Assembly (NCBI GenBank): GCA_022678445.1
Contig: JALBWU010000008.1
Span: forward strand, 13,076 to 77,075
Source of the DNA: Candidatus Aramenus sp. CH1
GTDB taxonomy: Archaea > Thermoproteota > Thermoprotei_A > Sulfolobales > Sulfolobaceae
Length of the DNA stretch: 64,000 nucleotides
Direction: 5' to 3'
Positions 1-10,605 of this stretch are shown here, in pieces. Under the pieces are notes generated by a model. The model was not told where the DNA came from. It ran no database searches and saw only the letters and a list, made by a program, of their open reading frames with translations. Both the position numbers and the translations under genes were made by a program. The stretch's first letter is position 1. Each line of letters starts with the position of its first letter.

Positions 1-134
1 AATGAAATGTAGAAATATATAGTAAAATATAGCCTACTTTCCCTACTGGAAATATGGGGCGACCATTTAGGGAATTTAGGTGTATATAGCCTAATGTTGG
101 GTTTGCTTTTATTCCCCTCAAGGGACAATAACGC

Positions 135-974
135 ATGGACGCAGTTCTAGTGGGCGTGGTGCTCGGCGTAGTCCAAAGTGTGAGCGAGTGGTTGCCAATA
201 AGCAGTAAGACCCAAGTGCTCCTAGCTTCTACCTTTCTCCTTGGGGTCAGCTTCTCGGTGGGGTACTCCTTTGGGCTCTTCATGGAGATGGGGACGATAC
301 TGGCTGCGGTAGTGTACTTTAGGAGGGAGATATACGGAGTGCTGAGGGCGTTAGCTGGGAGGGGCAACCTGGAGGACGTCTTGCTCTTGAAGTACTTGGT
401 GATGTCCACCTTGGTGACGGGGGCGGTGGGGATGCCAATATACGTCGCCGTGGTTGACCTAGTAAGGGGTCCCGCCATCGGCGTGCCCATGACCGCGCTA
501 GGTCTAGTACTGATAGCTGACGGGCTGGTAATCCACTTCTCCAGGAGAGCCTACAGGCCTAAAAAAGGAGTTAAGGACATGAGCTTGAGGGAGATGGCTC
601 TAGTTGGGCTGGCCCAAGGCCTAGCCGCCCTCCCAGGGGTGAGCAGGTCGGGGATGATGACCTCAGTCCTGCTCCTCCTAGGATATAAGCCTGAGGACGC
701 CTTCAAGCTCTCTTTCATCGCACTGATACCCTCTGCTCTGGGGGCAATAGGGGTCACCGTTTTACTGTCAAGGGAGGTCGTGGAGAAGGCGTTGGACGAA
801 GTTGGGCTGGGGTCCTTGGAAATATCTGTTGTCGTAGCTACGGCGGTGAGCCTAGTGCTGATAGACGGACTGTTGAAGTTCGCCAGGACTAAGAAGGTAC
901 TGTTGTTGGTCTTCGCTTTAGGCGCAATGGCGCTAGCGAGTGGGGTACTTAGCACCCTCACGGGAATTGGTTAA
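135..974 (+). CDS. uppP: Undecaprenyl-diphosphate phosphatase (BacA/UppP family)
   Basis: Hydrophobic 279 aa; BacA motifs GVVQSVSEWLPISSKTQ and QGLAALPGVSRSG. Confidence 0.85.
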   Translation: MDAVLVGVVLGVVQSVSEWLPISSKTQVLLASTFLLGVSFSVGYSFGLFMEMGTILAAVVYFRREIYGVLRALAGRGNLEDVLLLKYLVMSTLVTGAVGMPIYVAVVDLVRGPAIGVPMTALGLVLIADGLVIHFSRRAYRPKKGVKDMSLREMALVGLAQGLAALPGVSRSGMMTSVLLLLGYKPEDAFKLSFIALIPSALGAIGVTVLLSREVVEKALDEVGLGSLEISVVVATAVSLVLIDGLLKFARTKKVLLLVFALGAMALASGVLSTLTGIG

Positions 975-998
975 GTAGAACACCGCCCGTAACACTGC

Positions 999-1742
999 TC
1001 ACACCAAGGACTCATTGGGTTGCTGAACTTGTGATGGGGCGAGCTCAAACTTCCTCACCTTGACCCTCTTCACCTCCCCGTTAAAGTAGAAAAGGGACTC
1101 CCCGACGTCCAGCGAGGGTACTATCCTCTCAACCTCCTTTGGTCTGAGGGGTAGGATCTCCTTGTACACCTTTAGGTCTGCGGGGTGGACTACCTTGTGG
1201 AGGAAGTAGAGTTCGCTCTCCGTCAAAGCGTCCTTGTTTACCTTGGCCGACCTCTGGCTAACGAAGACTAGGCCGAGTCCCCTCTTCCTCCCCCTCAAGG
1301 CTATCCTCACTATGGCGTCTGAGAGCTCAGTCTGCTTCCCCTGTGGTACGAACTCGTGCGCCTCCTCAATTACCACCAGCCTGTCCATTGGGTGGGCCTT
1401 TGCCACCTGCCACATTGCGTCCAAGTACTTAGCGAGGAAGGTGAAGGACTCCTCCCTCCACTCGCTCATGTCCACGTCTACAATGGCGTTTGACTTCTGA
1501 TGGAAGAGGGCTAGTTCAACTGGGTCGCTTGAGAAGTCGCTGACCACAGTCCCGCCGTAGGCTAGCACTTCCTCCACGTACTCTCCGTCTGGGTCGACAA
1601 TAGTAACTGGGACTCCCTCCTTGATGAGCTCCTCCACCAAGACCTTTGCCGTGTTGGACTTGCCGGAGCCCCTTATCCCCAAGATGGCCACACACTTCCT
1701 TGTCACCAGCCCCTTAGCGAGTACTATGTCTCCTAATATCAT
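999..1742 (-). CDS. Short HerA/FtsK-like (DUF87-type) P-loop ATPase
   Basis: Walker A GIRGSGKS, VDPDGEY, Walker B VVIEEAHEF, RGRKRGLG and SQR motifs; ATG at 1742 preferred over the ORF-track start at 1784. Confidence 0.75.
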   Translation of the reverse strand: MILGDIVLAKGLVTRKCVAILGIRGSGKSNTAKVLVEELIKEGVPVTIVDPDGEYVEEVLAYGGTVVSDFSSDPVELALFHQKSNAIVDVDMSEWREESFTFLAKYLDAMWQVAKAHPMDRLVVIEEAHEFVPQGKQTELSDAIVRIALRGRKRGLGLVFVSQRSAKVNKDALTESELYFLHKVVHPADLKVYKEILPLRPKEVERIVPSLDVGESLFYFNGEVKRVKVRKFELAPSQVQQPNESLV

Positions 1743-1802
1743 GTGAAGATAACTGGAGCGGGATCCCCTTAAATAGGTTAGCACTAGGTAAGACGGGCGA
1801 TT

Positions 1803-2879
1803 TCAGCCTTCTACCTTTATGATAAGAAAGGAGAGGGCGGTGATCAAGGCGTAGGGCAGGACTACGTGAACTATGGGGTACCCAGTTAAGGAGAGCACGA
1901 GGGGAGGGAGCGACCCCCCTAGGACGCTCGCCAGCTGGTAAGAGAGGTTGACGTTAGTGTGATTGTACTCTCCCTTGAACAAGTCCACTAAGATAGAGGA
2001 CTGTTAGGAGTGAGGGTGGAGTCAGAGATGGAGAGGACAAGTTCCCCTGGCAAAAGTAGACGGCTCTCCAGTAGGGCGGTTCCGACCACGAAGAGAGCTA
2101 TTCCTATCAGTCCCACCTCCTTCCTCCCGACCTGGTTTGCCAAGTAGCCGAATAAGGATGGTAACCAACTGAGTCAGCACTGAGACCAAAACGTCACTCG
2201 ACACCGAGGCAGTGGCAAAGGGAAGGGAAAAGACGAAGGATGTGAAGATATAGAAGTTTGCGCTCTCGCTTACCTTTATCCCCACAGCGTGAAGTATGCC
2301 CTTCCACTCCTTCAAGGCTGAGGCCAAATCGTAGCCCTCCCTACCCCCATGGCTAGGGGCCTTGATAAGGGGAATGGAGAGCAGAGACAGTAAAACCACG
2401 AGGAGGAGAGCGTAGTTCCAGCCCTCGAAGTGCCTTGACGAGAGTAAGAGCACTGCCCCTGTCGACAAGGTTAGGGCAATGGGAACGGCTAGCTGTATAA
2501 GGCTGAGAAGGAACACCCTAAACCTCGAAGAAGAGAAGGCCTCGGAGAGGGCCACGCTAGCACATCCCCACTCTCCCCCCAAGCTCAAACCTTGAATCAC
2601 TCTGAAGACGGCCACTGAGGGAGTGGAAGGGACAAGCGAGACGACAAGGGAAGAGGCGACCAAGGTGAGTACTGTGACCACCAAAGAGGCCCTAGTACCG
2701 AACCTATCGCCAAAGTATCCCAACACCACGCTACCGAGAAACCTCCCTACGAAGCCCAAGAAGAAGACAAGCGAACCCATTGCCGGAGGGAAGAGTATGA
2801 ACGCAACTTAGGAGAGGTAGAAGAACGCAAACCGCTCTGCCACCGTCAAGGACACAGCTGACGCAAGGAGGACCCTCAC
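1803..2879 (-). pseudogene. MFS metabolite:H+ symporter (MHS-like) pseudogene
   Basis: GTG at 2879, in-frame TAA at 2810-2808, MFS motifs GYFGDRFGTR and QGLSLGGEWG, then frame breaks near 2150 and 2000 before the LFKGEY..LSYQLASVLGG C-terminus. Confidence 0.75.
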
Positions 2880-3134
2880 AGGTTTAATTAAGCGTAGTTA
2901 CTCTTAAGCTGTTTTCCAGCGATGTTAAAATGAGCTCGTAGCCTTCACGCTGAAGGTAAAACTAGAGCTAATTGTAGTCAACTGGTCTACCGAAGAACGA
3001 GAACGTCACTTAGGGCAACTTATAGGCTCACTACGTTTGTGAAGACTCGAGTTAACGTTATTGCAGTTCATAAACCCAACACTCTATTTATACATTTTAT
3101 TTCTAGTTTAAGTTCAATTTTTTATGATAAACCT

Positions 3135-3168
3135 CCGTAAACCTCGTAGAGAAACTTTAAGTTTACGG
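3135..3168. promoter_or_regulatory. Inverted repeats around a probable BRE/TATA (candidate operator)
   Basis: CCGTAAAC (3135-3142) and GTTTACGG (3161-3168) are exact reverse complements; AAACTT-T-AAGTTT palindrome at 3152-3164. Confidence 0.35.
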
Positions 3169-3239
3169 GGCGTGAACCTGAACTAAGCCACGAAACTATT
3201 TTAGTGAACCTCCTTAAGTTAATTTATCTTAGATGCGAA

Positions 3240-3701
3240 ATGAATAAAACCGTAATAGCGTCCATAATACTGGCTGTACTAGTCACGTCAACGCTAGTGA
3301 TATCAGAAATATACCTAGGACCCCTGCTATCGGTGAGGTTTATCATAAACCAGCAACCTGCTATAGTATATGGAGCATACTTAAATCTTGGGAACTTGAC
3401 TCCAGGGTTGTACTATACCTACTCCACCACTGCTTACATAGAGGTTCTTACGCCCGGGGTTTACAACATTACTATCAACGAAATGCTATTCGAGGCGTTC
3501 TCGTCCTACAACGTTACGCTCTCTCTGCAAAACTCAACGGCGACGAGCACGCTGACTTTCTCCAACGGCTATCCCTTCAGCCAATCCGTGTACTTGAACA
3601 AGGGCAACTACAGCGTCTACATGACTCTGAACTTCGTGGTAAGCAGCAACCCCAGCCTCCTCGACTACAGCGGTCCAGTGATCTACGTGTACTATAAGTA
3701 A
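3240..3701 (+). CDS. Membrane-anchored or secreted hypothetical protein
   Basis: N-terminal hydrophobic helix MNKTVIASIILAVLV followed by a Tyr/Ser/Thr/Asn-rich, probably beta-strand domain. Confidence 0.7.
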   Translation: MNKTVIASIILAVLVTSTLVISEIYLGPLLSVRFIINQQPAIVYGAYLNLGNLTPGLYYTYSTTAYIEVLTPGVYNITINEMLFEAFSSYNVTLSLQNSTATSTLTFSNGYPFSQSVYLNKGNYSVYMTLNFVVSSNPSLLDYSGPVIYVYYK

Positions 3702-3736
3702 AGGTAAAGCTTTTTTTCTTTTTCCCTATCTAAGGT

Positions 3737-4057
3737 ATGCTAAATGTCACGTTGCTAGTGCTCGACGTGCTGGCCGGAGCCCTAACGTTCTTCGTTTCAA
3801 GGGAAGTGATGACGAGGCTAAGCGGTAGGGAGAAGGAAGTGCTGTTAAGCTCTAGCGTGACCGCTAACGAGGAGAAAGTCCTTGAAGCCATAAGGAACGG
3901 CGCTAAAACCCTTAACGAGATAATGAAGTACACCGGGCTCCCCAAGTCAACTGCATACAAGGCCCTAAGGAGACTGGTAAAGGAGGGAAAGATCGAGAGG
4001 GTGGGAAACGGAGGGAACGTTAGGTACGTGGAAAAGGAGAAAAACGAAGGGGAGTAG
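3737..4057 (+). CDS. Winged-helix transcription regulator with N-terminal transmembrane helix
   Basis: MLNVTLLVLDVLAGALTFFV then EEKVLEAI..TLNEIMKYTGLPKSTAYKALRRLVKEGKIER. Confidence 0.75.
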   Translation: MLNVTLLVLDVLAGALTFFVSREVMTRLSGREKEVLLSSSVTANEEKVLEAIRNGAKTLNEIMKYTGLPKSTAYKALRRLVKEGKIERVGNGGNVRYVEKEKNEGE

Positions 4058-4146
4058 AGACTGTTCTGACATAGCTCCCTGTCTCTCTTCTAATTCTCCC
4101 ACGCCCTCAGGAGTTTGGGCGAAGAAGTAATAGACTAAAAAAAGGT

Positions 4147-5007
4147 TTAAGGCGTGTAGACCGCTTGGACGTCTATATAGGCTCCGTTGGACAGGTTAAC
4201 CCTTACGGTGTAGGTCATCCCGGAGGACAAGGACACGGGCCCGTTGAAGTTCACGGTTATGGCGTTGTTGCCCACTGCGACGGTGCTCGGCATCGCTACG
4301 GCCGTGATGTAGTTGGTGCCTAGTATTTGGACTGACAGGATAGTCCCCTGGTACTGGGAGTAGAAGGTCAAGGTGGCGATCCCGTTCCCCCTAATGACGC
4401 TCTGGGCAGTAACGGTGGGCCCTGCAGTGGCGTAAGCGGAGAGCTTCTGCAGTACTTTTCCAAGGCCTACGTACACTAGGATTGCACCTATGAAGCCAAC
4501 GAAGATGGAGACTATGCCCCCAACTTCAGTCAGCGTGTCCTGGTATATACTACCCACTTCGTACAGCCCTATTCCCAGCAGGATCACGCCTATGAGTAGG
4601 ATTACCTCGGCGATAGGCACTAGGAAGATTCCTATCACTACAAACGTCAACAGCGCGGTTATGATCGATAGTGCCGCCCCCACGAGTATTAGCGTGGTGC
4701 CGGTTCTCCCAATACCCACGTCCCTGCCCACGGAGACTAACATCCCTAAGCCGTCCCTCACCCTTAAAATTGATATTACGTCAAGTACTGCACCTACCAA
4801 AAGAAGTAGTCCTGCCGCTATTACCAGCCCAGCAACTGCCCCCAGGCCTGCCAACAAGTTTGCCGAGCTTAGGGCCCCTAACGTACCAAATAACAGCCCG
4901 ACTATTGAGAAGGCCAAGAAGACGGACAGGAGGTTGCCCACTATGTATATCAGCATACCGCTCCTGATCTTCTTGATCCCCTCTATTTCTATGCTTTGAT
5001 AACTCAT
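4147..5007 (-). CDS. Sulfolobales membrane protein (DUF973-like)
   Basis: EIEGIKKIRSG N-terminus, several Gly-rich TM helices, soluble beta-rich C-terminal domain. Confidence 0.65.
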   Translation of the reverse strand: MSYQSIEIEGIKKIRSGMLIYIVGNLLSVFLAFSIVGLLFGTLGALSSANLLAGLGAVAGLVIAAGLLLLVGAVLDVISILRVRDGLGMLVSVGRDVGIGRTGTTLILVGAALSIITALLTFVVIGIFLVPIAEVILLIGVILLGIGLYEVGSIYQDTLTEVGGIVSIFVGFIGAILVYVGLGKVLQKLSAYATAGPTVTAQSVIRGNGIATLTFYSQYQGTILSVQILGTNYITAVAMPSTVAVGNNAITVNFNGPVSLSSGMTYTVRVNLSNGAYIDVQAVYTP

Positions 5008-5157
5008 ATGTTATTTGTTAGTATTTTAGTATTTATACTTTAAAGCAGACATTAAAATGAATTAACAACTAGTAGCCATTTTGTTGCCTATACAACAATA
5101 AAGTGAAAGAACTCTTGGGAGCCATAACTATGGTCCTTAAGTTAGGACAGGCTTCTA

Positions 5158-5294
5158 GAGCCTAGGTGTCGTCATCTCAGCGAGGACGTTGAAGGGAGGA
5201 AAATTGTGGGAGGCGAAAGTCAGGACGACATCAGCAGAGCGACTGCCCAGAAGCGGTGGCGTGCCCTAGGCTCCTCTTACGAAGCCGTTAGAGG
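5158..5294 (+). ncRNA. Candidate structured intergenic element (ncRNA or MITE-like)
   Basis: Nested stems: 5158-5166 with 5265-5273, 5167-5173 with 5224-5230, hairpins 5177-5192, 5242-5257 and 5273-5294, plus GGC-GAAA-GUC; no family recognised. Confidence 0.25.
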
Positions 5295-5367
5295 AAGTGC
5301 TCCGGGGTCCTCGGAAGCCTTGTGCGTTTGGTGCACGTAAACGGGGAGTGGACAGTTCGCGTCATCC

Positions 5368-6216
5368 CTAGACCTTCGTCGCCCTACCCCTTTTCCCTCC
5401 CCCCACCAAGTCCCTGTACCTAGATGCGACTATCCCAGCAAGCATCACTAGAATCCCCACTACTTGGAGGAAGGACACCGGGTTCCCGGTAACCTCGTCA
5501 AAGGCCGTAGCGAAGATCGGGATGGAGAACGTCAACACGGTCACCCTGCTTACCTTCTCTTCCTTTACTATCAAGTTCCAGAGGAAGAAGAGCAAGGCCC
5601 CTCCAAGGAGTGAGGTGTAAGCCACGTCCTCCGCGAAGGCCCAGTTTACCTCCAGCTCAGGGTCTACTGGGGTCATCGCGAGGAGGTACCCACTACCCAG
5701 CGTGAACTGGCTAGCGTTAACCACGAGGGGGTCGTAGTCCTTGAGCTTCCTGTAGTACACCGAGAAGAGGGCCCAGAACACCGCGTTCACCACAGTGAGG
5801 ACACCTCCTAGGAGGCTGACTCCATGGTCTAGCCCGAGGCCGTAAAGCACTACCCCAGAGAACCCTATCCCCACGCCCAACGCCTCCACTGCAGTGGGCC
5901 TCTCTGACAGCACTAGGTACGCGAGGGGTATTGAGAAGAGGGGCATGGTGTAGCTCAGCACTGCTGACTCCGAGGGGGAGACGTAGAGGAGGCCGTAGGC
6001 CCAAAGCAGGGAGCTGGCGACTGTGAAGACGGAGAGGAGCATCACGTCCCTGTTGACAACGACTTTCCTCGTCAAAGCCAGGAACACCCCTGCTGAGACC
6101 AAGTACCTCACCACGTTGAAGGTAACGGGCGAGGAGAAGGCGAGGGCGTCCTTGGCGAAGTGGTACTGGAAAGTGCCTATGACCACGTAGGGTATTAGGT
6201 ACTTTAAGACCTTCAC
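5368..6216 (-). CDS. EamA/DMT family transporter
   Basis: About ten TM helices in two repeats; ESAVLSYTMPLFSIPLAYLVLSER motif. Confidence 0.85.
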   Translation of the reverse strand: MKVLKYLIPYVVIGTFQYHFAKDALAFSSPVTFNVVRYLVSAGVFLALTRKVVVNRDVMLLSVFTVASSLLWAYGLLYVSPSESAVLSYTMPLFSIPLAYLVLSERPTAVEALGVGIGFSGVVLYGLGLDHGVSLLGGVLTVVNAVFWALFSVYYRKLKDYDPLVVNASQFTLGSGYLLAMTPVDPELEVNWAFAEDVAYTSLLGGALLFFLWNLIVKEEKVSRVTVLTFSIPIFATAFDEVTGNPVSFLQVVGILVMLAGIVASRYRDLVGGGKRGRATKV

Positions 6217-6348
6217 AGCCCGTCTCTCCCCCTTGTGTTTTTAAGCTTTTCCTAGATCAACCCCTTGACTGTTGAGCTGTGCCCCGGCAGTCAAGAGGAA
6301 CCACCAACTAGGCAAAAACTATTTTAAATTCTAAACTAACTTTACTTT

Positions 6349-7122
6349 ATGAAGTTAGGATACTTCGTGTCCCACGGCTCTCCCACGATACTAGTGGAGG
6401 ACGTCAAGTGGAAGAGGACTCTGGCTTCCCTTGGGAAGGAGATAAAGGAGAAAGTCAACCCCGAGGTGGTCGTAGTTGCGAGCCCCCACTTCTTCACCTT
6501 CTCCGACGTCCACTACGTGGAGGTGTCCGAGAAACTGGAGTGCATCCAAGACTACTACGGCTTTCCGGACGAGCTGTACAAGTTCTGCTACTCCGCCGAG
6601 AACGACGTGGGGTTTGCCAGGAAGATAGCTGAGCTGAGCCACGGGAAGTTCGTAGAGGACAGGAGCTGGGGGCTTGACCACGGGGCGTGGATACCCCTCT
6701 ACTACATGTTCCCGGAGGGCGGGGTAAAGGTGGTCACAGTGTCCATAAATGAGGGTAGCCCGGAGGAGCACTACAGGCTCGGAGAGGTTATCGCCAAGGC
6801 AGTGGATGTGCTGGGGAGGAGGGCGGTGTTCCTGGCCACGGGGTCGCCAACCCACAGGTTCGACTTGTTCTACTTCAAGGTGGAGCCGAGGCCAAGCAAG
6901 TTCGACCTGCTACTGGTGGACTTGCTCAAGCAGGGCAAGTTCGAGGAAATCATGAGGGCGAAGGAGCTCTATCCCAGGGAGTGGAAGGGGGCGATGCCTG
7001 AGGGAGAACTCAACACAATGTACATGCTCATGGGCTTCGTAAAGCCAAAGAGGGCGGAGGTAATAGACTTCGACGTCCCGTGGACTGGGGTGAGCATGCT
7101 GGCTACTGCGTTCTACGGTTAA
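6349..7122 (+). CDS. LigB/DODA-type extradiol ring-cleavage dioxygenase
   Basis: [26 protein letters not shown] and TGSPTH motifs; TTTAAA TATA about 26 nt upstream (leaderless). Confidence 0.85.
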   Translation: MKLGYFVSHGSPTILVEDVKWKRTLASLGKEIKEKVNPEVVVVASPHFFTFSDVHYVEVSEKLECIQDYYGFPDELYKFCYSAENDVGFARKIAELSHGKFVEDRSWGLDHGAWIPLYYMFPEGGVKVVTVSINEGSPEEHYRLGEVIAKAVDVLGRRAVFLATGSPTHRFDLFYFKVEPRPSKFDLLLVDLLKQGKFEEIMRAKELYPREWKGAMPEGELNTMYMLMGFVKPKRAEVIDFDVPWTGVSMLATAFYG

Positions 7123-7167
7123 CGCGAAGACGCGAGAGGTTTTTTACCAACTCTACGGAAATCACTT

Positions 7168-9441
7168 ATGAGCTACCTGCCCCCTAGGGAACAAGCCAGG
7201 CTGGGAAAGAACTTCCTACTCAAGGACTACTCCATCGTCTACCCGGAGAGGCTGAAGTTCAAGGTCAAGCACTACCTCTTCGAGCTTTTCGTCGACGTGG
7301 ACAACGAGCTGGTCGAGGGAAAGGCTACCATAGACGTGGACGCTTGGGGAGAGGTCAAGCTTGACGCGGTCCACTTCGAGGTCAAGTCAGTGAAGGTCAA
7401 CGGTAATGTCGTGGAGTACAAGTACGACGGAAAAGCGCTGTGGATAGAGCTAGAGGGTAGCCACAAGCTCGAGGTAGATTACGTGGCGAGGAAGCCAAGA
7501 ACTTTCAAGTTCGTCCGCAGGGGAGAGGCTGTGGAGGTGTGCAACGTGGGGGAGGTCATGAGCGCCCCCCACTGGATACCCGTGGTGGACTACCCCGGAG
7601 TGAAGGCGACCTCAGAGAAGGTGATAAAGGTGAGAAAGCCCCTAGTCGCCATCTCAAACGGCGTGCTCAAGAGGAGGTGGGAGGAGGGAGAGTACAACTT
7701 CTTCCACTGGGTCATGGAAAGACCGCACTCCGCCTACTTGAACAGCGTGGCTGTGGGCAACTTCGTAGTGCACGAGGAAGGGGGGGACCCCGTTTTGCAA
7801 TACTACTTACCTAGGGGCTACGAGGGGTTCCTGTGGAACTTATCCAAGACCAGGGACATGGTCGAGTTCTTCTCCTCCTACACGGGGGTGAGGTACCCCT
7901 ATGAGAAGTACGCCCAAGTGGTTCTCTTCTCGATGAGGGGAGGGATGGAGTACATCACGTCCACGCACTTGACGTGGTACACCCTCCACGACGAGGTAGC
8001 TGAGATGGACTACTCCAGCGACGGGCTCCTGTCCCACGAGCTTGCCCACCAATGGTTCGGTGACTTAGTGACTACGAAGGACTGGGCAAACATCTGGTTG
8101 AACGAGGGCTTCGCCACATACTTCCAGGCCCTTTACTTACTGCACTCAAGGGGTGAGGAGGAGTTCGTGTACGAGATGTACAGAAAGCTCAAGGACTACC
8201 TCGAGGAGTACAAGAAATACTCGAGGCCCATAGTGATTAGGTACTACAAGTGGGCTGAGGAGCTCTTTGACAAGCACACGTACCCAAAGGGAGCCCTTAT
8301 CCTCCATTCACTGAGGAGCTACTTGGGGGACGAAATGTTCAGAAAGGGGGTCAAGAACTACTTGGAGAAGCACAAGTTCTCCTCTGTAGACACGGAGGAC
8401 TTCCGGAAGGCGATGGAGGAGGTGGCGGGACAGGACTTGACGTGGTTTTTCGACCAGTACGTATACTCCGCGGGCCACCCCGTGGTGAACTTGTACTACG
8501 ACGGAAAAGAGGTGAGGCTTGAGCAGGCAGGGGACTTCAAGTACGACTTGAAGCTGGAGGTGAAAGTAGTCAAGAAGGACGGCACTGAGAAAGTCATCGA
8601 AGTGGAGGAAGGAGCAGAGGAGGAGGGAGAATACGTGTGCCTAGACCCCAAGTTCAAGTGGTTCAAGGTTGTCAACGACGTACAAGGCGAGGAGATGCTA
8701 GTCAAGGAGGCCAGGGACAAGGAATTGATGTGTAGGGTACAGGCAGTGAACGGGCTAACCCGGTTCTCTAACCCTAGGTCAGTCTCAGCAATAGCGGGAC
8801 TCCTCAACGACCCCTTCTGGGGGGTAAAGTACGAGTCGGCTATGGCCTTGGGTAAGGTGGGAGGAGAGGACGCTTTGAAGTACTTGACTTCGACGTGGGT
8901 GGAGCCGTCGAAGGCTAGGAGAGGGGTGGCGAAGGCCTTGGGAGAGTTCAAGTACAACGAGAGGGCCGGGGAGTACCTAGTGAAGCTGTTGAGGAAGGAG
9001 AGGAGCTACTACGTCAAGGCTGACGCCCTGGTCTCCCTGGGTAAGGCAGGGGTCGCCAAGTTCAAGGAGGAGGTAAAGGCCCACTTTGGAGAGCCCTCAC
9101 ATAACGACGTGGTTTCCTCGGCCGTGATAGAGGCGCTGTCCTACTTCGGCGATGACGAATCCTTCAACTTCGTCTTGGAGAAGGGGGTGAAGAGCGAGGT
9201 AGAGAACGTGAGGGCCGCCTCAGCTAGGGTGTTGTGGAGGTTCAAGGATCCGAGGGTAAGGGAGGTCTTGACGGCTATGCTGAAGGACCCTAGCACTGCG
9301 GTGAGGACGTCTGTAGTGACCTCGCTAGGGGAACTCAAGGACAAGGGACTACTCTCTCAAGTGGTTAACAACGAGGATGAAGACCAGAGGGTTAGGGCTG
9401 CCGCATTGAGGTTGTTAAGGTCCATTGAGGGAAGTCAGTAG
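7168..9441 (+). CDS. M1 family aminopeptidase with C-terminal HEAT-like repeats
   Basis: GGMEY, HELAHQWFGDLVT..WLNEGFA zinc motif, YPKGA; helical repeats at the C-terminus. Confidence 0.9.
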   Translation: MSYLPPREQARLGKNFLLKDYSIVYPERLKFKVKHYLFELFVDVDNELVEGKATIDVDAWGEVKLDAVHFEVKSVKVNGNVVEYKYDGKALWIELEGSHKLEVDYVARKPRTFKFVRRGEAVEVCNVGEVMSAPHWIPVVDYPGVKATSEKVIKVRKPLVAISNGVLKRRWEEGEYNFFHWVMERPHSAYLNSVAVGNFVVHEEGGDPVLQYYLPRGYEGFLWNLSKTRDMVEFFSSYTGVRYPYEKYAQVVLFSMRGGMEYITSTHLTWYTLHDEVAEMDYSSDGLLSHELAHQWFGDLVTTKDWANIWLNEGFATYFQALYLLHSRGEEEFVYEMYRKLKDYLEEYKKYSRPIVIRYYKWAEELFDKHTYPKGALILHSLRSYLGDEMFRKGVKNYLEKHKFSSVDTEDFRKAMEEVAGQDLTWFFDQYVYSAGHPVVNLYYDGKEVRLEQAGDFKYDLKLEVKVVKKDGTEKVIEVEEGAEEEGEYVCLDPKFKWFKVVNDVQGEEMLVKEARDKELMCRVQAVNGLTRFSNPRSVSAIAGLLNDPFWGVKYESAMALGKVGGEDALKYLTSTWVEPSKARRGVAKALGEFKYNERAGEYLVKLLRKERSYYVKADALVSLGKAGVAKFKEEVKAHFGEPSHNDVVSSAVIEALSYFGDDESFNFVLEKGVKSEVENVRAASARVLWRFKDPRVREVLTAMLKDPSTAVRTSVVTSLGELKDKGLLSQVVNNEDEDQRVRAAALRLLRSIEGSQ

Positions 9442-9480
9442 TCCTCCACTCCCAGTTGCTTTTTATTCAGTGTCTTCTTT

Positions 9481-10605
9481 TCACCCCTTCCTCTCCCTTA
9501 TAGCTCCGCTCACCGCGTAGAGCGCAGCTGAGGCAATCCCGAGGGAGGCAACGCTTCCCCAGAGCACAACTGGAGTAAAGAGGAAGGGGCCCATCATATA
9601 CCCAGTGAACGCGGAGCCTGTGACCCTCCCCAGTGCGGTGACCATGCCGTATATACCTATTGACCTACCCCTTGTCTCCCTATTGGTGAGGGAGGAAGCT
9701 ATGGCTTGCGAGAGCGGTGACACCACCATCTCTGCCAAGGTTACGAACACGGCGTCAACTAGGGCGAGGAGGAAGGAGGTAACGAAGGCGACAGCGAAGT
9801 AGGAGGCAGAGTAGAGTAGCATGCCTAGGGATATCATCCTCGGCGTCAGCTTCCTCCCCACGAACTCTTGGAGGGCGACTATGAGGACTCCGTTGGTCAT
9901 GAAGAGGAGCCCCACTTGGAAGGTGCTCAACTTGTCCACGAGGTTGTAGAAGGTCAGCAGGGGGAAACCGAGCTGTCCCATCACCATGAACGTCATGAAG
10001 GTAGGGACCAAGAAGAGGGCGAAGTCCTTGTTTACGTGTAACGAGACCTCTATCCTCCCCTTGTACTCCGGCAGGCTCAGGATCAAGGGTATGAATACCA
10101 GGGAAGCGAGGGAGGAGACCAGCAGGACTGCCCTAAACCCTGAGGTGGAAAAGACAAGGCCACCGATCACTGGCCCTACTGCCCACCCTGCGTTTATCCC
10201 GACCCTGACCCTGCTGAAGGCCCTAACTAACCTGCCAAAGCCGGTAGTGAGGTCGCCTATGATGGAGGTGTTTGCCACGTTATAGGCGGAGTTGAAGAAC
10301 GTCTGCACGAGTATGAGGGAGACCACTGCCAGGGGGTAGTTCAGCAAGTAGGCCAGCAGTAGAGAGAGGGAAGAGGACGCTGTTGCCAACAGCATCGTCT
10401 TCACCCTACCAAAGAGGTCGGTGAAGTATCCCCCTAGGAGGTATGCGACTAAACTTACCGCTCCCTGGAGCAAGTAAAAGGCGGAGACTGTGGAGAAGGG
10501 GAAGTGGTAAACGTCGTATAGGGCGAAGCCTATGAAGGGCCAAACTACGGACCCACTCAGCGACCTGGCACCGCCCACTAAGGCGAGCTTGTCTACTTCC
10601 TTCAT
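9481..10605 (-). CDS. MFS transporter
   Basis: GGYFTDLFGR motif A, about 12 TM helices; ATGA overlap with the upstream MFS gene. Confidence 0.85.
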   Translation of the reverse strand: MKEVDKLALVGGARSLSGSVVWPFIGFALYDVYHFPFSTVSAFYLLQGAVSLVAYLLGGYFTDLFGRVKTMLLATASSSLSLLLAYLLNYPLAVVSLILVQTFFNSAYNVANTSIIGDLTTGFGRLVRAFSRVRVGINAGWAVGPVIGGLVFSTSGFRAVLLVSSLASLVFIPLILSLPEYKGRIEVSLHVNKDFALFLVPTFMTFMVMGQLGFPLLTFYNLVDKLSTFQVGLLFMTNGVLIVALQEFVGRKLTPRMISLGMLLYSASYFAVAFVTSFLLALVDAVFVTLAEMVVSPLSQAIASSLTNRETRGRSIGIYGMVTALGRVTGSAFTGYMMGPFLFTPVVLWGSVASLGIASAALYAVSGAIRERKG

